A stretch of DNA of 64,000 nucleotides, taken from the NCBI GenBank assembly GCA_030264375.1, contig JASCQW010000190.1, positions 98,978,714 through 99,042,713 of the forward strand, in the 5' to 3' direction. Below, piece by piece: positions 63,688 to 64,000 of the stretch (the stretch's first letter is position 1; each line of letters begins with the position of its first letter). A program made the translations under genes and the position numbers. Below the pieces are notes generated by a model, which saw nothing but the letters and a program-made list of their open reading frames with translations, searched no databases and had not been told where the DNA came from. Origin of the DNA: Carcharhinus longimanus (Eukaryota).

Positions 63688-64000
63688 GCTTGGTCAATAA
63701 GTTTACTCTAGATTTCCAACTGCAGCACACTACTCTATTAAGGATCTAACTAAGCACAATGTAAAAGCAGCTGAAAAGAGGGTGGTTGAAAAGAACTGCT
63801 TATTGCAGAAACAGTCCTCCAATGTAACTAACCACTCAATTAAAAATTAGTGCTGTCAAATTCACCCTGTGGATTGAGTTACATCCGTTCATTAATTAAT
63901 ATTCAGTTTATTCAGTGTGCAGTTCCACACATAGAGGAAACCCTTGAATAACATTTCTTGTTTTGTCTTCCTTTCCCCTGCTGACTCATGTTAGTTTCAT

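Overview
Vertebrate genomic DNA, most likely from a shark or ray, judged from its V-SINE/HE1-type, DeuSINE/SacSINE-type, CR1, Rex1 and Penelope-type repeats. It is a draft scaffold with many N gaps. The only supportable host gene is the 5' part of a delta-1 protocadherin, best matching PCDH11, on the + strand. It has a CpG-rich TATA-less promoter (~51220-51480), a probable non-coding first exon, and one ~3.2 kb exon (52310-55504) encoding the signal peptide, seven cadherin repeats, the TM helix and the proximal cytoplasmic tail; later exons were not found in the window. The ~51 kb upstream is intergenic and dense with decayed transposable elements. Most notable: (i) minimal type-I hammerhead ribozyme folds with compensatory stem II variation in Penelope-like fragments; (ii) a decayed two-gene Harbinger transposon (Myb/SANT gene plus convergent HARBI1-like transposase) invisible in the ORF track; (iii) a ~320 bp inverted repeat pair; (iv) an abrupt GC3 switch inside the protocadherin exon at the EC3/EC4 boundary; (v) a ~45 bp minisatellite in the first intron; (vi) a 63 bp direct duplication beside a template-switch-like hairpin. 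Family assignments come from recalled consensus sequences and hand translation, not database searches, and repeat boundaries are approximate.
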